A DNA stretch of 64,000 bases from NCBI GenBank assembly GCA_015680685.1, contig MNCI01001539.1, forward strand, positions 642,387-706,386. The letters are read 5' to 3'. Numbering within the stretch: the first letter of the stretch is position 1; every line of letters begins with the position of its first letter. The position numbers and the translations under genes were made by a program. Under the pieces are notes generated by a model. It made no database searches, had not been told where the DNA came from, and saw only the letters and a list, made by a program, of their open reading frames with translations. Positions 40,410 through 52,175 of this stretch are shown here, one piece after another. The stretch comes from Gnetum montanum. Taxonomy: Eukaryota > Plantae > Gnetophyta.

Positions 40410-40600
40410 CAAGTTTTGGGCATTAGCATTTTGGTAGTTGGCATCTTTGGCATTTTTGTTGGCATTTTGACATTTTCTGAAAAACAAGATCCAAAGGCAT
40501 AGGAATTTGGCATTTTGGCATTTTTGCATATGGGTGAATGAGATCCAAAGTCATAGCAGTTTGGCATTTTGGCATTTTGGAGAATGAGACCCAAAGGCAT
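40410..40600 (+). repeat. TTGGCATT micro-repeats organised into ~50-bp units ending in GA(T/C)CCAAAG
   Basis: Direct inspection; explains the spurious KMP-repeat ORF. Confidence 0.85.
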
Positions 40601-41796
40601 ACCAACAAATTGGAGAAAGGCAGAGTTTTAGATGATGTAGCCCTGTCGTAGTCCAACAGAACACCACCACCCACGATACATTGTAGTATCCAACCTAGTA
40701 GGCATAGACACCATGGTAAGCACCAGACTTCATAGCTTGACACCATCGAGATTGTGATTACACTCTTCACTACGCCTATTGTACACCGCATATCTTCTCA
40801 ATCCCTTTGAAGTTAACTATGCTCAATCCCATTTGGGATGATGTTCTATTTCTCTCTTGCATTTCTTGCATTTTCTTGGCATTTTTGCAACTTTAAACAC
40901 ATGGTCATGTTCCAACTATGCTCACGTTCCAACGCATAGTCGTTTTTGCTAAAATCCTTAACTACACTTGTTCCCTTAGGCATCCATGACTACACTCTAC
41001 ACCATTAACACCGCTAACACTGCCAATACACTAACACCTTCCATAAAATTAACACCATGAATGTTGCTTAAACGCTTAGCATCGTTTGGAATTGCATTTG
41101 GTAAGTCCCTATCTGATAAAAAAGACTATTCAAGGCACATCATCTATGCCTCTAGTAGGCCCTTGCATGGACTTGGGGTTAGGCTATGTTCCTGTCAACT
41201 CCTTGGTGTTCTAGCTATTAATGTTTTTGATTGCTATAGTTTTTCTAGTGCTATAAGGAGATTCATGCCATTTCCTTCCTCAAACCTTGTTGGTTGTTGT
41301 CTCGCAAGCTCTCTCCACCACCATTGCTAGCTTCGGGCTAACATAGATCCAAAACCCCTATGGACCTGCCACATTTGGTAGTAGCTAGATCTTAGGCTAC
41401 TGTAGGCATTGTCTACAAACTTGTTGGTATAGATTGGACCCTATCATCAATTCATGTGGAACCCCACATAGCAACCCCTGAGCATACATCCTACACTTAG
41501 CTAAATTTTGGGCACTTAGGAGAGCATAGTTAGCTCTCAATGTAGAGACTGTAGTCCCTAGAGTTAGCCATTTTTTAGTAGTATCACACTTAGTCATTTT
41601 TCTATAGTTTTGAAGTTAGCCATTTTTTTCTGCCATTTAACAAAGTTAGCTGTTTTCCCCTTCTTTGCAATTAGTAGCCTTTACATTTTTCCTTCGCATC
41701 ATGAATTGTAAGAATCCTTCAACCTCTATTTCAAGCAAACTTGTGGCCCTACCCACCTGACTAGAAAACCAAATTGACCACCCTACCAATCTTACC

Positions 41797-44719
41797 ATGG
41801 TAGAATAGAGGTATTCCCTTAGATTGTAGGGCCAAGATCCTAAGTACACAATGGTCAAAAATGAGCAATATAACTCCAAGTAGGCCTATTCATAGACCAC
41901 GTAGACATGGAGGTGAAGTGAGATTTTGAGCTCATACATCAAAATATATGGAAGTGCATCCCTTCCTATGCTGACTTCATTCTAATCATTGAGTCCTATC
42001 AATGGATGCTTGATCAACTCATCCAAGCAAATGAGTGTGAGGCAAGGATAGACTATGAGGAAGCTCTGAAAGAGGGGCAAGATGAGTTCAAAGCTCATTT
42101 CAAGCATGAGGACTCTTTCTACACCTCCTTCTAGTAGACAACCCCTAGTTTTGTCCTCCTAGAATTTCGTCAACTTGTCTTCCCCTAGATAGTCATAACC
42201 TCGGTGTCACCTCCCAAGTCAATGCTTATGATGGTGATCCACCAAACATAATGCATGTACCAAGATGTAAGCCATTTTGTTAGCCTACCCTTTGTGATAC
42301 TAGTGTAGCCTACTTAATCTTTCCTACTAGCAACTATCATGCCTACACAATCCTATGTGCATACCATGCACATTTCTTAGCCGTAGACAACTCAAGTATC
42401 TTACATCATGCCTATCTCATTGACACCCTCCATGTTGGTCCAACCCACTCATACATGGATGGCCTAGGTTATTATGCCCATGGCATAGCCTACACAACAA
42501 GCATCACACATGGTCTCACAACTTGTAGCCAAGATGTGGACTACACAACTGACATAGCAAGGACCATGGCTAATGTAGCTTGCTGCTCCATCTTAGAAAT
42601 TGGATCAAGCATTCTAGTTGATCCAAACTCTAAAAGAGAAGGTCAAGTGGCTCAAGGCTGCCTCCTCTGAAATGGTTCATGTGATGGACTTTTACTAGGA
42701 TGACCCCATAAGTCCTATTGTTCCATCACTGACTCTGCCTGCTAGGGTCCCACTACCCCAATTCATCAAATACAATGGTGAAGGTGATTCCAACACCCAC
42801 ATGGTGACCTTCTAGTCTAAATGCCTATTATTAAAATCATGGTTGCACACCATCATACATGTGTCTACCATGTCATTGATTAGCAAGACACTCGATTGGT
42901 ACCATGCACTACACAAGGCCTTTATTTCCTCTTTGGAGGATTTGCTAAGTTAATTCATTATGCATTTTAAGTATAACTCAAAACTAGAAGTTACCCTAGA
43001 CTAGCTCATGTAAATTAAGTAGAGCCACTTAGAGTCCATGCAAAATTTTATTCCATGTTGGAGCTTATCTCTGAATGAGATCCAATAGCCTATAGTAGAA
43101 ACATAGCTTCTGGAAATTTTCAAGGATGTAGTGAATGACTTTATTAAGTCAAAGCTGTACTATCTAGCCTTGTAGTCCTTGAACCAAGCATTTGATCAAA
43201 CAAAAAGCATACAGGACATGGCAAAAGCCAACAAAGTCCTAGCCTACATGGCCTACAAGAACCTCCACATCAACAAGAACAAGGACAAGGGAAAATAAGC
43301 TACAACTATGGCAACTGCGGCCAATGAGGCCAAGGCAGCTAATCCTAAGCCAATGACCAAGCCACCCAAGGCCCCAACCAACAACAAGACTACTAGCCCT
43401 AGCACTACAACAAGCAACCAACCTACATCATTAGTGGCCATGGGGCAAGCTACCCCAAGGTCGAACTTTGAGCACAAGGATCATTCAAAGTATGCACCAT
43501 TTCCACTCAAGTCGTCAAAACTCCTAGACTAACTACTCAAGGCTGGATGTATCAAGTACAAGTAGATGTCTAAGGATGCTAATATGAGACATGATAGATA
43601 CTTCGAGCTTCTAGGGAATCCCTCGATTGGAACTCGAAATGAGCCCCCGGTCCCTAAGCACTTTAGGTTAGACCAATTTTGCCATCATCATCAGTTGTGT
43701 GGCCATAACACTAACTTCTGCATGGCTCTACAAGATGACATTCAATGGATGATAGACAAAGGCAAGGTCAAGGCCAATTAATGAATCGATGGAAAGGACT
43801 TCATTGACACATTAGCCTAGGTGAAGCAAGCCTTAAAACAGAAAAACACAATGCTGAGCTTGTATGACCTAATAATGACCTCATCTATTCACCATGAAGA
43901 ATTAGTTAGGATTTTGACATCCATTCCTATTGTAGAGGACATCTAGCAAATGAACAATCCATCCATGCTATGATCTTGCCTCCTACCACCTAGGAATCAA
44001 TCTCAACACTTCTTGCATTCTACAATGAGGTGATCAAGGTTGACCCTGAGAAGGATCAGGTCATCTTAACATCCATGTTTATCACGATACACATTGGGCA
44101 ATGTAAAATCCATAGGGTGCATGTTGATGATGGGGTGGCCACAAATGTCACCCCATACACTATCATTGACAAGCTACGTCTCATTGATCATATCAAACCC
44201 ACGAAGCCAACATGCTTAAAGTCTTTCAATGGGTAGTGCATTGTCATTAGGGGAATCATAACAATAGCCTTTATGGTAGGCGAGCAATTCCCCATCACCA
44301 TAGAATTCATCGTTATCAAGGAAATGCCAAACTTCAACCTAATACTAGGTAGGCCTTAGCTAGCCCAACTACGGGCCATTTCTTTTCCCATCCATCAAGA
44401 AATCCACCTTCCATATGAAGGTGATGAGGTTATTATTTACAGTGACAACACAGCCCCTCTAGCCATAAACAACATAGACACTGAACAAGGGTTAGATATG
44501 GAGTTTCTTGATGATGTGCTTCCCATAAAGGACAATGATGAAGCATGTGAGGTAGACCTACCCAACCAAGTAAGAGAAGCCAATGACCTCTTGGAGGATG
44601 CTTTCTAGGCAAAATTTCCCTTTGATATAGCTGACAAAGGTCAAGGTGAGTATCATATAGTATAGTCTAGGCCATATGTGCCTCCTAACCCACACTGTAT
44701 TAGGAAATAGTTATGCTAG
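41797..44719 (+). pseudogene. gag: Tat/Ogre gag-protease
   Basis: ACCATGG start MVE*RYSLR; PLPQFIKYNGEGDSNTH (~42750); FCHHHQLCGHNTNFC (Tat-type zinc motif, ~43678); IHRVHVDDGVATNV and FNLILGRP* (protease). Confidence 0.85.
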
Positions 44720-44967
44720 GTGTCTACCTACCCATCATCTGTGCATACCCCACTTTCTTGTATTTTATTTGTGCATCTATGTTTAGCTTGGTTGTCTACA
44801 TTATGCATTGTTTGCTTTGATTACACATTTGTTTCCTTTGTTTATGTGCTCTTCTAGCCTATTTTACACATTTTCTTATTTAGCTTACCCTTTAGTAGTC
44901 ATTATCTTATACATGAAAAACATCAAAGTACACAAAAAATCATAAAACTATATTATAAAAATAAAAA

Positions 44968-45775
44968 NNNNNNNNNNNNNNNNNNNNNNNNNNNNNNNNN
45001 NNNNNNNNNNNNNNNNNNNNNNNNNNNNNNNNNNNNNNNNNNNNNNNNNNNNNNNNNNNNNNNNNNNNNNNNNNNNNNNNNNNNNNNNNNNNNNNNNNNN
45101 NNNNNNNNNNNNNNNNNNNNNNNNNNNNNNNNNNNNNNNNNNNNNNNNNNNNNNNNNNNNNNNNNNNNNNNNNNNNNNNNNNNNNNNNNNNNNNNNNNNN
45201 NNNNNNNNNNNNNNNNNNNNNNNNNNNNNNNNNNNNNNNNNNNNNNNNNNNNNNNNNNNNNNNNNNNNNNNNNNNNNNNNNNNNNNNNNNNNNNNNNNNN
45301 NNNNNNNNNNNNNNNNNNNNNNNNNNNNNNNNNNNNNNNNNNNNNNNNNNNNNNNNNNNNNNNNNNNNNNNNNNNNNNNNNNNNNNNNNNNNNNNNNNNN
45401 NNNNNNNNNNNNNNNNNNNNNNNNNNNNNNNNNNNNNNNNNNNNNNNNNNNNNNNNNNNNNNNNNNNNNNNNNNNNNNNNNNNNNNNNNNNNNNNNNNNN
45501 NNNNNNNNNNNNNNNNNNNNNNNNNNNNNNNNNNNNNNNNNNNNNNNNNNNNNNNNNNNNNNNNNNNNNNNNNNNNNNNNNNNNNNNNNNNNNNNNNNNN
45601 NNNNNNNNNNNNNNNNNNNNNNNNNNNNNNNNNNNNNNNNNNNNNNNNNNNNNNNNNNNNNNNNNNNNNNNNNNNNNNNNNNNNNNNNNNNNNNNNNNNN
45701 NNNNNNNNNNNNNNNNNNNNNNNNNNNNNNNNNNNNNNNNNNNNNNNNNNNNNNNNNNNNNNNNNNNNNNNNNNN
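44968..45775. other. Assembly gap (N run)
   Basis: 808 N. Confidence 1.
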
Positions 45776-47231
45776 TTAAGCAAGAGAGAGATAGCACATT
45801 AAGTGAGTACATATAGGTTATAGCTCCAATGTTAATTATGCTATGTGTCAACCTATGTATTCTAATTTTGCTTGTGAGTTGAGATCTTACTTTTGGGTTA
45901 TGGAAGAGATTCTTCATTGGATGTGTCTTGCATTGAGAATAGATATTATGTCGTTTTAGAGCCTCATGCTATGCAATATTTTTTGAGTTTTCAAGAGGTT
46001 TTTGATGTTTTATAAGTTTTAAAAACCTTGTTATAATATTCTCTTTTGACTAATTGAAGATAGCTAGTTTTCTTGATTTTTAGTGAATTATCTTTTCATA
46101 ATATCTAGATTTAGTATTGGAAGATTATTTTAATATTGGAGCAAACCTACTCCAAATTTCTAGGTAAAAATCTTATCAAGTAGAGACAAGGAAATCTTAA
46201 GACTAGGTTAAATTCCTTAAACTTAATGTTCTTAGGTAATGATAAGTAATGTCAAGTTAGGTAGGCTAAGTATTTAGGAAAAATAAGTTACAAGTAAGAC
46301 AAGATCTAACTTAGGCTATGGTTACTAGCCTCATGGCAAGAACTTAATAATAACCTTAATTACTTAATGTTCTAATAATACTACATGATGGGTAGGAGCT
46401 ATCTAGATGAACGTATCCTTGTCTTCCTAAAATCTCTTGTAGTTTATATACTTTGTTCATGTATAATTAAATCTTTTGGTGGTCATCGATATCCATTGAA
46501 ATAATTGGTAAGGAATCTTCTTGATTAGCACGATTCATCTTGAATATACGACGTATCTGGTGTGATCCATGGTTCTCCATGGGTTATCACTTTGTGATTC
46601 ATCATTGCATTATAGTTGACCCTTAATTTTGTTTGGCCCTTGAATCATGATTTTCTTTGATACTAAATGTGGCATCAAATATATGTAACATTCAACATTA
46701 TGCATAAAGAAAATAATAGGAAAAGTAAAGAAGAAAAATGAAAAGAATGCTTTATTAATGTGAAATAATGTATCAAGGTAATTCTCTAAGGGCTTTTTTG
46801 GGGTTATATCTGTTGGAGGCAATACAATACTACCATCATAGTTAGTTTTATAACTAGCTAGAAGGGATGGCCAATCACCCTGTTATCCCTCTTCACCTAG
46901 CACCTATTACTTACCTTTGCTAGCTCCCCAATTCCATGCTAATAAGACCTCTAATGCCCAAGTATAAATACCTTAGGTTAAATCCCAAAAGGTCACCTTG
47001 AGAGACATGCCTATTATTACAATGTGTCATTTAGGATCTTCATTACAACTTGTTCCTTTAAGTCTTATTACAAGAATTACAACACTTATTATGAAGAGAT
47101 ACCATATTCATTATGCACTAGTACAATTTAGTAATGTGAACATAACAATATATTTCATTAAACAGTTTCATCAAAAATATTTATGATCCATATTAAGGTA
47201 AGAACATAAAACATAAATATAAAATGAAAGT

Positions 47232-47984
47232 TGATGGGACTCGATATTGCATGGGCTGCAATGTCTATAAATAAGAAGCAGCTCTCCCTCGTTTCATAAT
47301 TAGGTTTTAGGAGTAGCGAAGCTCTGGCAGTTTGATCCCTCCAGAGATAGATTATTTTCTCGTGTCTGCCCGTAGTGTGGTGAATGTAATTGTACGACAT
47401 CCTTTATTCGAGTGTGATGTACTTGGACACGCACATGACCGGTAATAAAGATCGAGATTACTTCATCATTGTAGCATTCACTTTGTTGTTTATTTAATTA
47501 TTTAATTATTATTTATTGCTTTCCTCTCACCCTTATCTCCTAGAACGCAGAATGAGTACGAATTGATTACGAGCATTTAAGTGTGACTACTTGGTATCCC
47601 AGTGGCATACCTAGGATCTGCGCTTTGTAATCCTAGTGGTAGTCATGCATGAAGTCCAAGATGTGTACAGATGATCAAGGAATGGATGCTCATCGCACTT
47701 AGGCTAGATTAGATTCTCTTACCCTTTCTCCTAGCTTAGCTTAGTTAATATTATCTTCCATTTCCTTCAGGAGTAGCATTAGATTAGAACACATCGTACA
47801 CCTCACTCTGGACTAAACCATATGTGACAAATATAATACTAGTCTAGGTGGGAAGACAGTGAACTATGACCTAAGGCTAACTATCGAGGTGCCACAACTA
47901 GTTCATTTGTGGAGTTCAACTAGATCATGCGTGAAAATGCTCGTATTCATATGGTTGAGTGTAGGGGTATCTCGCCACTCATCA
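47232..47984 (+). repeat. 5' LTR (753 bp), TATA at 47265
   Basis: Direct repeat of 51371-52175. Confidence 0.95.
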
Positions 47985-47985
47985 T

Positions 47986-48003
47986 TGGCACCGTTGCTGG
48001 GGA
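47986..48003 (+). promoter_or_regulatory. PBS tRNA-Asp (Athila type)
   Basis: TGGCACCGTTGCTGGGGA versus TGGCGCCGTTGCCGGGGA, 16/18. Confidence 0.92.
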
Positions 48004-48114
48004 CGGTGCTAGTTATCTAGATTAGTTATATCATATAAGGTCACTGTAAAGAACTTAACGATATATCTCTTAGAAAGAAGTAATTATAAAAAGTCACTAA
48101 ATTCACACACAACA

Positions 48115-49137
48115 ATGCCTCTCCTACAAGATTATAATAACGCCACACTTAGTGAGGAAGTTCATTGGAGAACGAACGAACTATATGATGATGAAGATTG
48201 GAGTATACAACCTGAAGTGGGAGTTTCTTATAAACATGAACAAAAGCAACGTCATCCCAAAACAAGAAAGCATAACTTACCCGATGACGATGAACCCCCA
48301 CTGGCCACTACAAGCTTAATGCAAATACATGAGGTTGTTCGAATCTCACGTAGGCATTGTAAAGAGAGCCGTCTACCTAGGCTCGATATAAATAACTTTC
48401 CTAAATTTTCAGGAGGCTATGACTTAGATTTGTATCAACATTTACAAGCCTTCTACGATGCTTGTACATGGAACAACATTGACAACGGTTGGCAAAAACT
48501 CAAGCTCTTCCATATGACACTCGTTAACTAAGAAAAAGTATGGTATAGATTGTTAAAACCAAATTTGATATGATGTTGGTCAACAATGGTAGAAGTTTTT
48601 AACGAAAAATATCAAACCTACGCAAGAATGTCAGCCTTGAGGAAACAAATCCAATGATGGAAACAAGCAAAACATGAACCCTTGGACATGGCCTTAGAAA
48701 GATATTACACATTGTTAAATAACTGTCTAGGCCATGAGTTTTTCGAGGAAAGGCTAATATACTATATCATTGATGGGCTACATAATGAAAGAAGAGAAAC
48801 CCTAGGGATGTATGCCCAAGGTCAATTATATGAACTACGAATCCATCAAGTCCAAGAGCTTGTTAAGAGGCTAGGAAAAGAAGAAGGAGAATTGGCTAGA
48901 TGGGAGAGTATTGAAAAACATCAACGGGACCAAAATTTCAACTTAACAAAGGTCCATGATCATAAAAAGGAGAAATCAACCAATCTCAAGGTGGAAACAT
49001 CATCTTTGCTAATACAAAAAACATTAGAAGAAGCCGAGGCAAAGATCAATAAGATGTTGGAATGGAAGAATCAAAAGTGTGGAGAATTTATCAACAACAT
49101 TGTAGATAGAGTTCTGACAACCCAAGAGGCAGGATGA
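48115..49137 (+). pseudogene. gag: Athila-like gag with in-frame stops; Pro-rich tail probably continues to ~49870
   Basis: INNFPKFSGGYDLDLYQHLQAFYDAC..KLKLFHMTL..WY retrotransposon-gag motif. Confidence 0.85.
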
Positions 49138-49872
49138 AATAGTAGACAGTCGGAAAGAAGGGATAAGGAAAAGAAGAGCTCAACTACCAATCATACATAC
49201 GAATGTAACATATGCCTGTACGATCACCCCAAGGGAAAATTCCCAATATTGTTACATCTATATGAGCATTGGGGACACACGTTAGATCCAGATTTTGTAC
49301 AAAGATACTGTGTGCGATCACAGTGGCAACAATCCTAGTCGTGGGGGAGACCACCCTTAGATTGAAGACACCCTTCATATCATCTGGATCCAAACGCTTA
49401 TCTTGTTTAACATCCTATTTTTGCAACTGGGCCAACATACTCTATCTCACCACATTACTATTCTCCACAATACTATTAGCCCATGCCTCCAACACAACCA
49501 CCACCTTGTGTATCTTATACGCCTTCTAACTTTCAACATTCTCATCCTTTCCCTCCTTCCACAATGCCACCAATTGTTCCTAAGGTGCTTGCACCACCAC
49601 AACAAACCATGAATGACACTTGTGCTACTGCTACTAACAACAGTGAAAAGCCTCCTCAACATCAAAAGCGTCCTTTCTTTAAACATGGCCGTAGGAAGGG
49701 ATAATATAATTTCGAGGCCACTGCATTTTCCAACCCAGCACAAGTCCCACACTGTGGTGCACCCTTACCTTCGAACCCAACGCCTCATGTAACTTCATTA
49801 GGGCCACCAACTAACACTCCAACAACCATACGGCCCAATGAACACAACCATGGGAGACATCATTCTAATCNT

Positions 49873-50680
49873 CAAGAGAGGAGTGATTTTTGTTTTGTGG
49901 CACTTCCTTTTTCTCTCTTTTTTTTTCTTTCTTCTTCTTTCTTTTTGAATATTGAATCCAGAGAAGCCACCAACCTTTAGGCATGGGTGCATGTCTTTCC
50001 AGTGGGACCCCCTAGAACAGCATTGGATTTTTGAGTGCCCGTTTAATTACTATTACTCCCATTTTTTGTTAGATCTACAAGGATCTTAGTACAACTAGGT
50101 TGCATGATAACTCTCACAGACATCACCAAAGAGAATCTGCAAGTCCCCTTGATGTCACACCCTAATCATTCCCTCTTGGTCCATCCTTCTTCATTCTAGG
50201 TACAATGAATACAAAATTAATTTTAAGTTTCAAAAATGTCAAGAATATCATTGTAACCTTGAACAAAACCTCTTATTTGTAGAGTGGATGAGTGGGTGNN
50301 NTACAATGATATTCTTGAAAATTTTAAAACTTAAAATTAATTTTGTGTTCATTGTACCTAGAATGAAGAAGGATGGACCAAGAGGGAATGATTAGGATGT
50401 GGCATCAAGGGAACTTGTGGATTCTCTTTGGTGACCTCTGTGGGAGTATCATGCAACGTGGTTGTACTAAGATCTTTGTAGATCTAATGAAAAAAGGGAG
50501 TAAGAGTAATCAAAAGGGCATTCAAAAATCAAACGCTATTCTAGGGGGTTCCATTGGAAAGACATGCACCCATGCCTGAAGGTTGGCGATTTCTCTAGAT
50601 TCAGTATTCAAAAAAAAAAAAAAAAAGAGAAAAGAAAAAGAAAAACAAAGTGCCATAAAACAAAAGTCACTCCTCCCTTG
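49873..50680. repeat. ~380-bp inverted repeat (49873-50255 and 50302-50680), left segment bounded by Ns
   Basis: The arms are reverse complements with scattered mismatches; N at 49871 and at 50299-50301. Confidence 0.9.
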
Positions 50681-51370
50681 CATAAAACGCCAAGTGATCG
50701 TACGCCTTGTTGTTATGGTACTCTCATGGTCACTCATCATGGGATGAAACAATGCGATGTCACTGATTAGAGGAATGGACTTGGTCCTGATCTTGGAATG
50801 GCAGGTTAATGACACATTAATCATGCTTTACACGCAGGATTCATTGTGCCCTGGGTTAGTTACCTCATGTCCCAATCTCTATGATCCCTTTCTATAGTTC
50901 CACTCATCTCACGATTCGTATAATTGTAGCTCGTGTCCCGTGTAGCATAGAATTTTCATCTCATTCCGGTGATATTTACATGTGTGTGTTTTGTGGAGTT
51001 AGTGTGGATTACATTTAATCCTTATGGTGCCCATGGACACCTTAAGTGTGGTTACACAAGGGTGATATAGGTTGAAACCTACTTTGGGGAGGATCCACTT
51101 GTGTAATGTTTTGTAATCTTCATTTATGACATAGCTCACACATCCCATTTCTTACCCTCAGCTTAATTTCTCAATAATTTTCTTTCCCTTATTATTATCC
51201 CTCTGAATTTATACATGAGTTCCACATTTTTGTAGTTGTAGCATATTTTGTGTGTTGTATTTTCTTCCCACACTACAACATCATTCCATTTTTCCAGTTA
51301 ATAATCCCATACCTATCCACTGTGTTATCACTGTAACTCGAGGACATGTTTTTATTCAATCGTGGGGGTA

Positions 51371-52175
51371 TGATGGGATGCAATATCGCATGGGCCGCGA
51401 TATCGCGTCTTCCTCTGCGATATCGCGTACACGATATCACAGTTCGCCGCAATGTCTATAAATAAGAAGTGACTCTCCCTTGTTTCATAATTAGGAGTTA
51501 GGAGTAGCAAAGCTCTGGTAGTTTGATCCCTCCAGAGATAGATCATTTTCCCGTGTCTACCCGCAGTGTGGTAAATGTAATTGTACGGCATCCTTTATTC
51601 GAGTGTGACGTAGTTGGACATGCACATGACTGGAAATAAAGATCGAGATTACTTCATCATTGCAGCATTCACTTTTTTGTTTATTTATTTATTTAATTAT
51701 TATTTATTGCTTTCTTCTCATCCTTATCTCCTAGAATGTGAAATGAGTACGACTTGATTACGAGCATTTAAGTGTGATTACTTGGTATCCCAGTGGCGTA
51801 CCTAGGATCTACGCTTTGTAATCCCAGTGGTAGTCATGCATGAAGTCCAAGATGTGTACGGATGATCAAGGAATGGATGCTCATCGCGCTTAGGCTAGAT
51901 TAGATTCTCTTACCCTTTCTCCTAGCTTAGCTTAGTTAATATTATCTTCCATTGCCTTTAGGAGTAGCATTAGATTAGAACACATCATACACCTCACTCT
52001 GGACTAAACCATACGTGAAAAATATAATACTAGTCCAGGTGGAAAGACAACGAACTGTGACCTAAGGCTAACTATCTAGGTGCCACAACTAGTCCGTCTG
52101 TGGAGTTAGACCGGATCATGCGTGAGAACGCTCGTATTCGTATGGTTGAGTGTAGGGGTATCTTGCCACTCATCA
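51371..52175 (+). repeat. 3' LTR (805 bp), preceded by PPT-like GTGGGGGTA
   Basis: Direct repeat of 47232-47984 with an extra 52 bp. Confidence 0.95.

Larger units (their letters stand above)
47232..52175 (+). mobile_element. Complete non-autonomous, gag-only Athila-like LTR element
   Basis: Two highly similar LTRs (TGATG..CATCA), Asp PBS, PPT, and TSD AAAGT/GAAGT; no pol domains. Confidence 0.92.

Noticed and set aside
40388-40600. KMP-repeat protein ORF
   Set aside because: It is a translation of TTGGCATT micro-repeats.
44940-45917. 325-aa and 276-aa ORFs
   Set aside because: They are artifacts of reading through the N gap.
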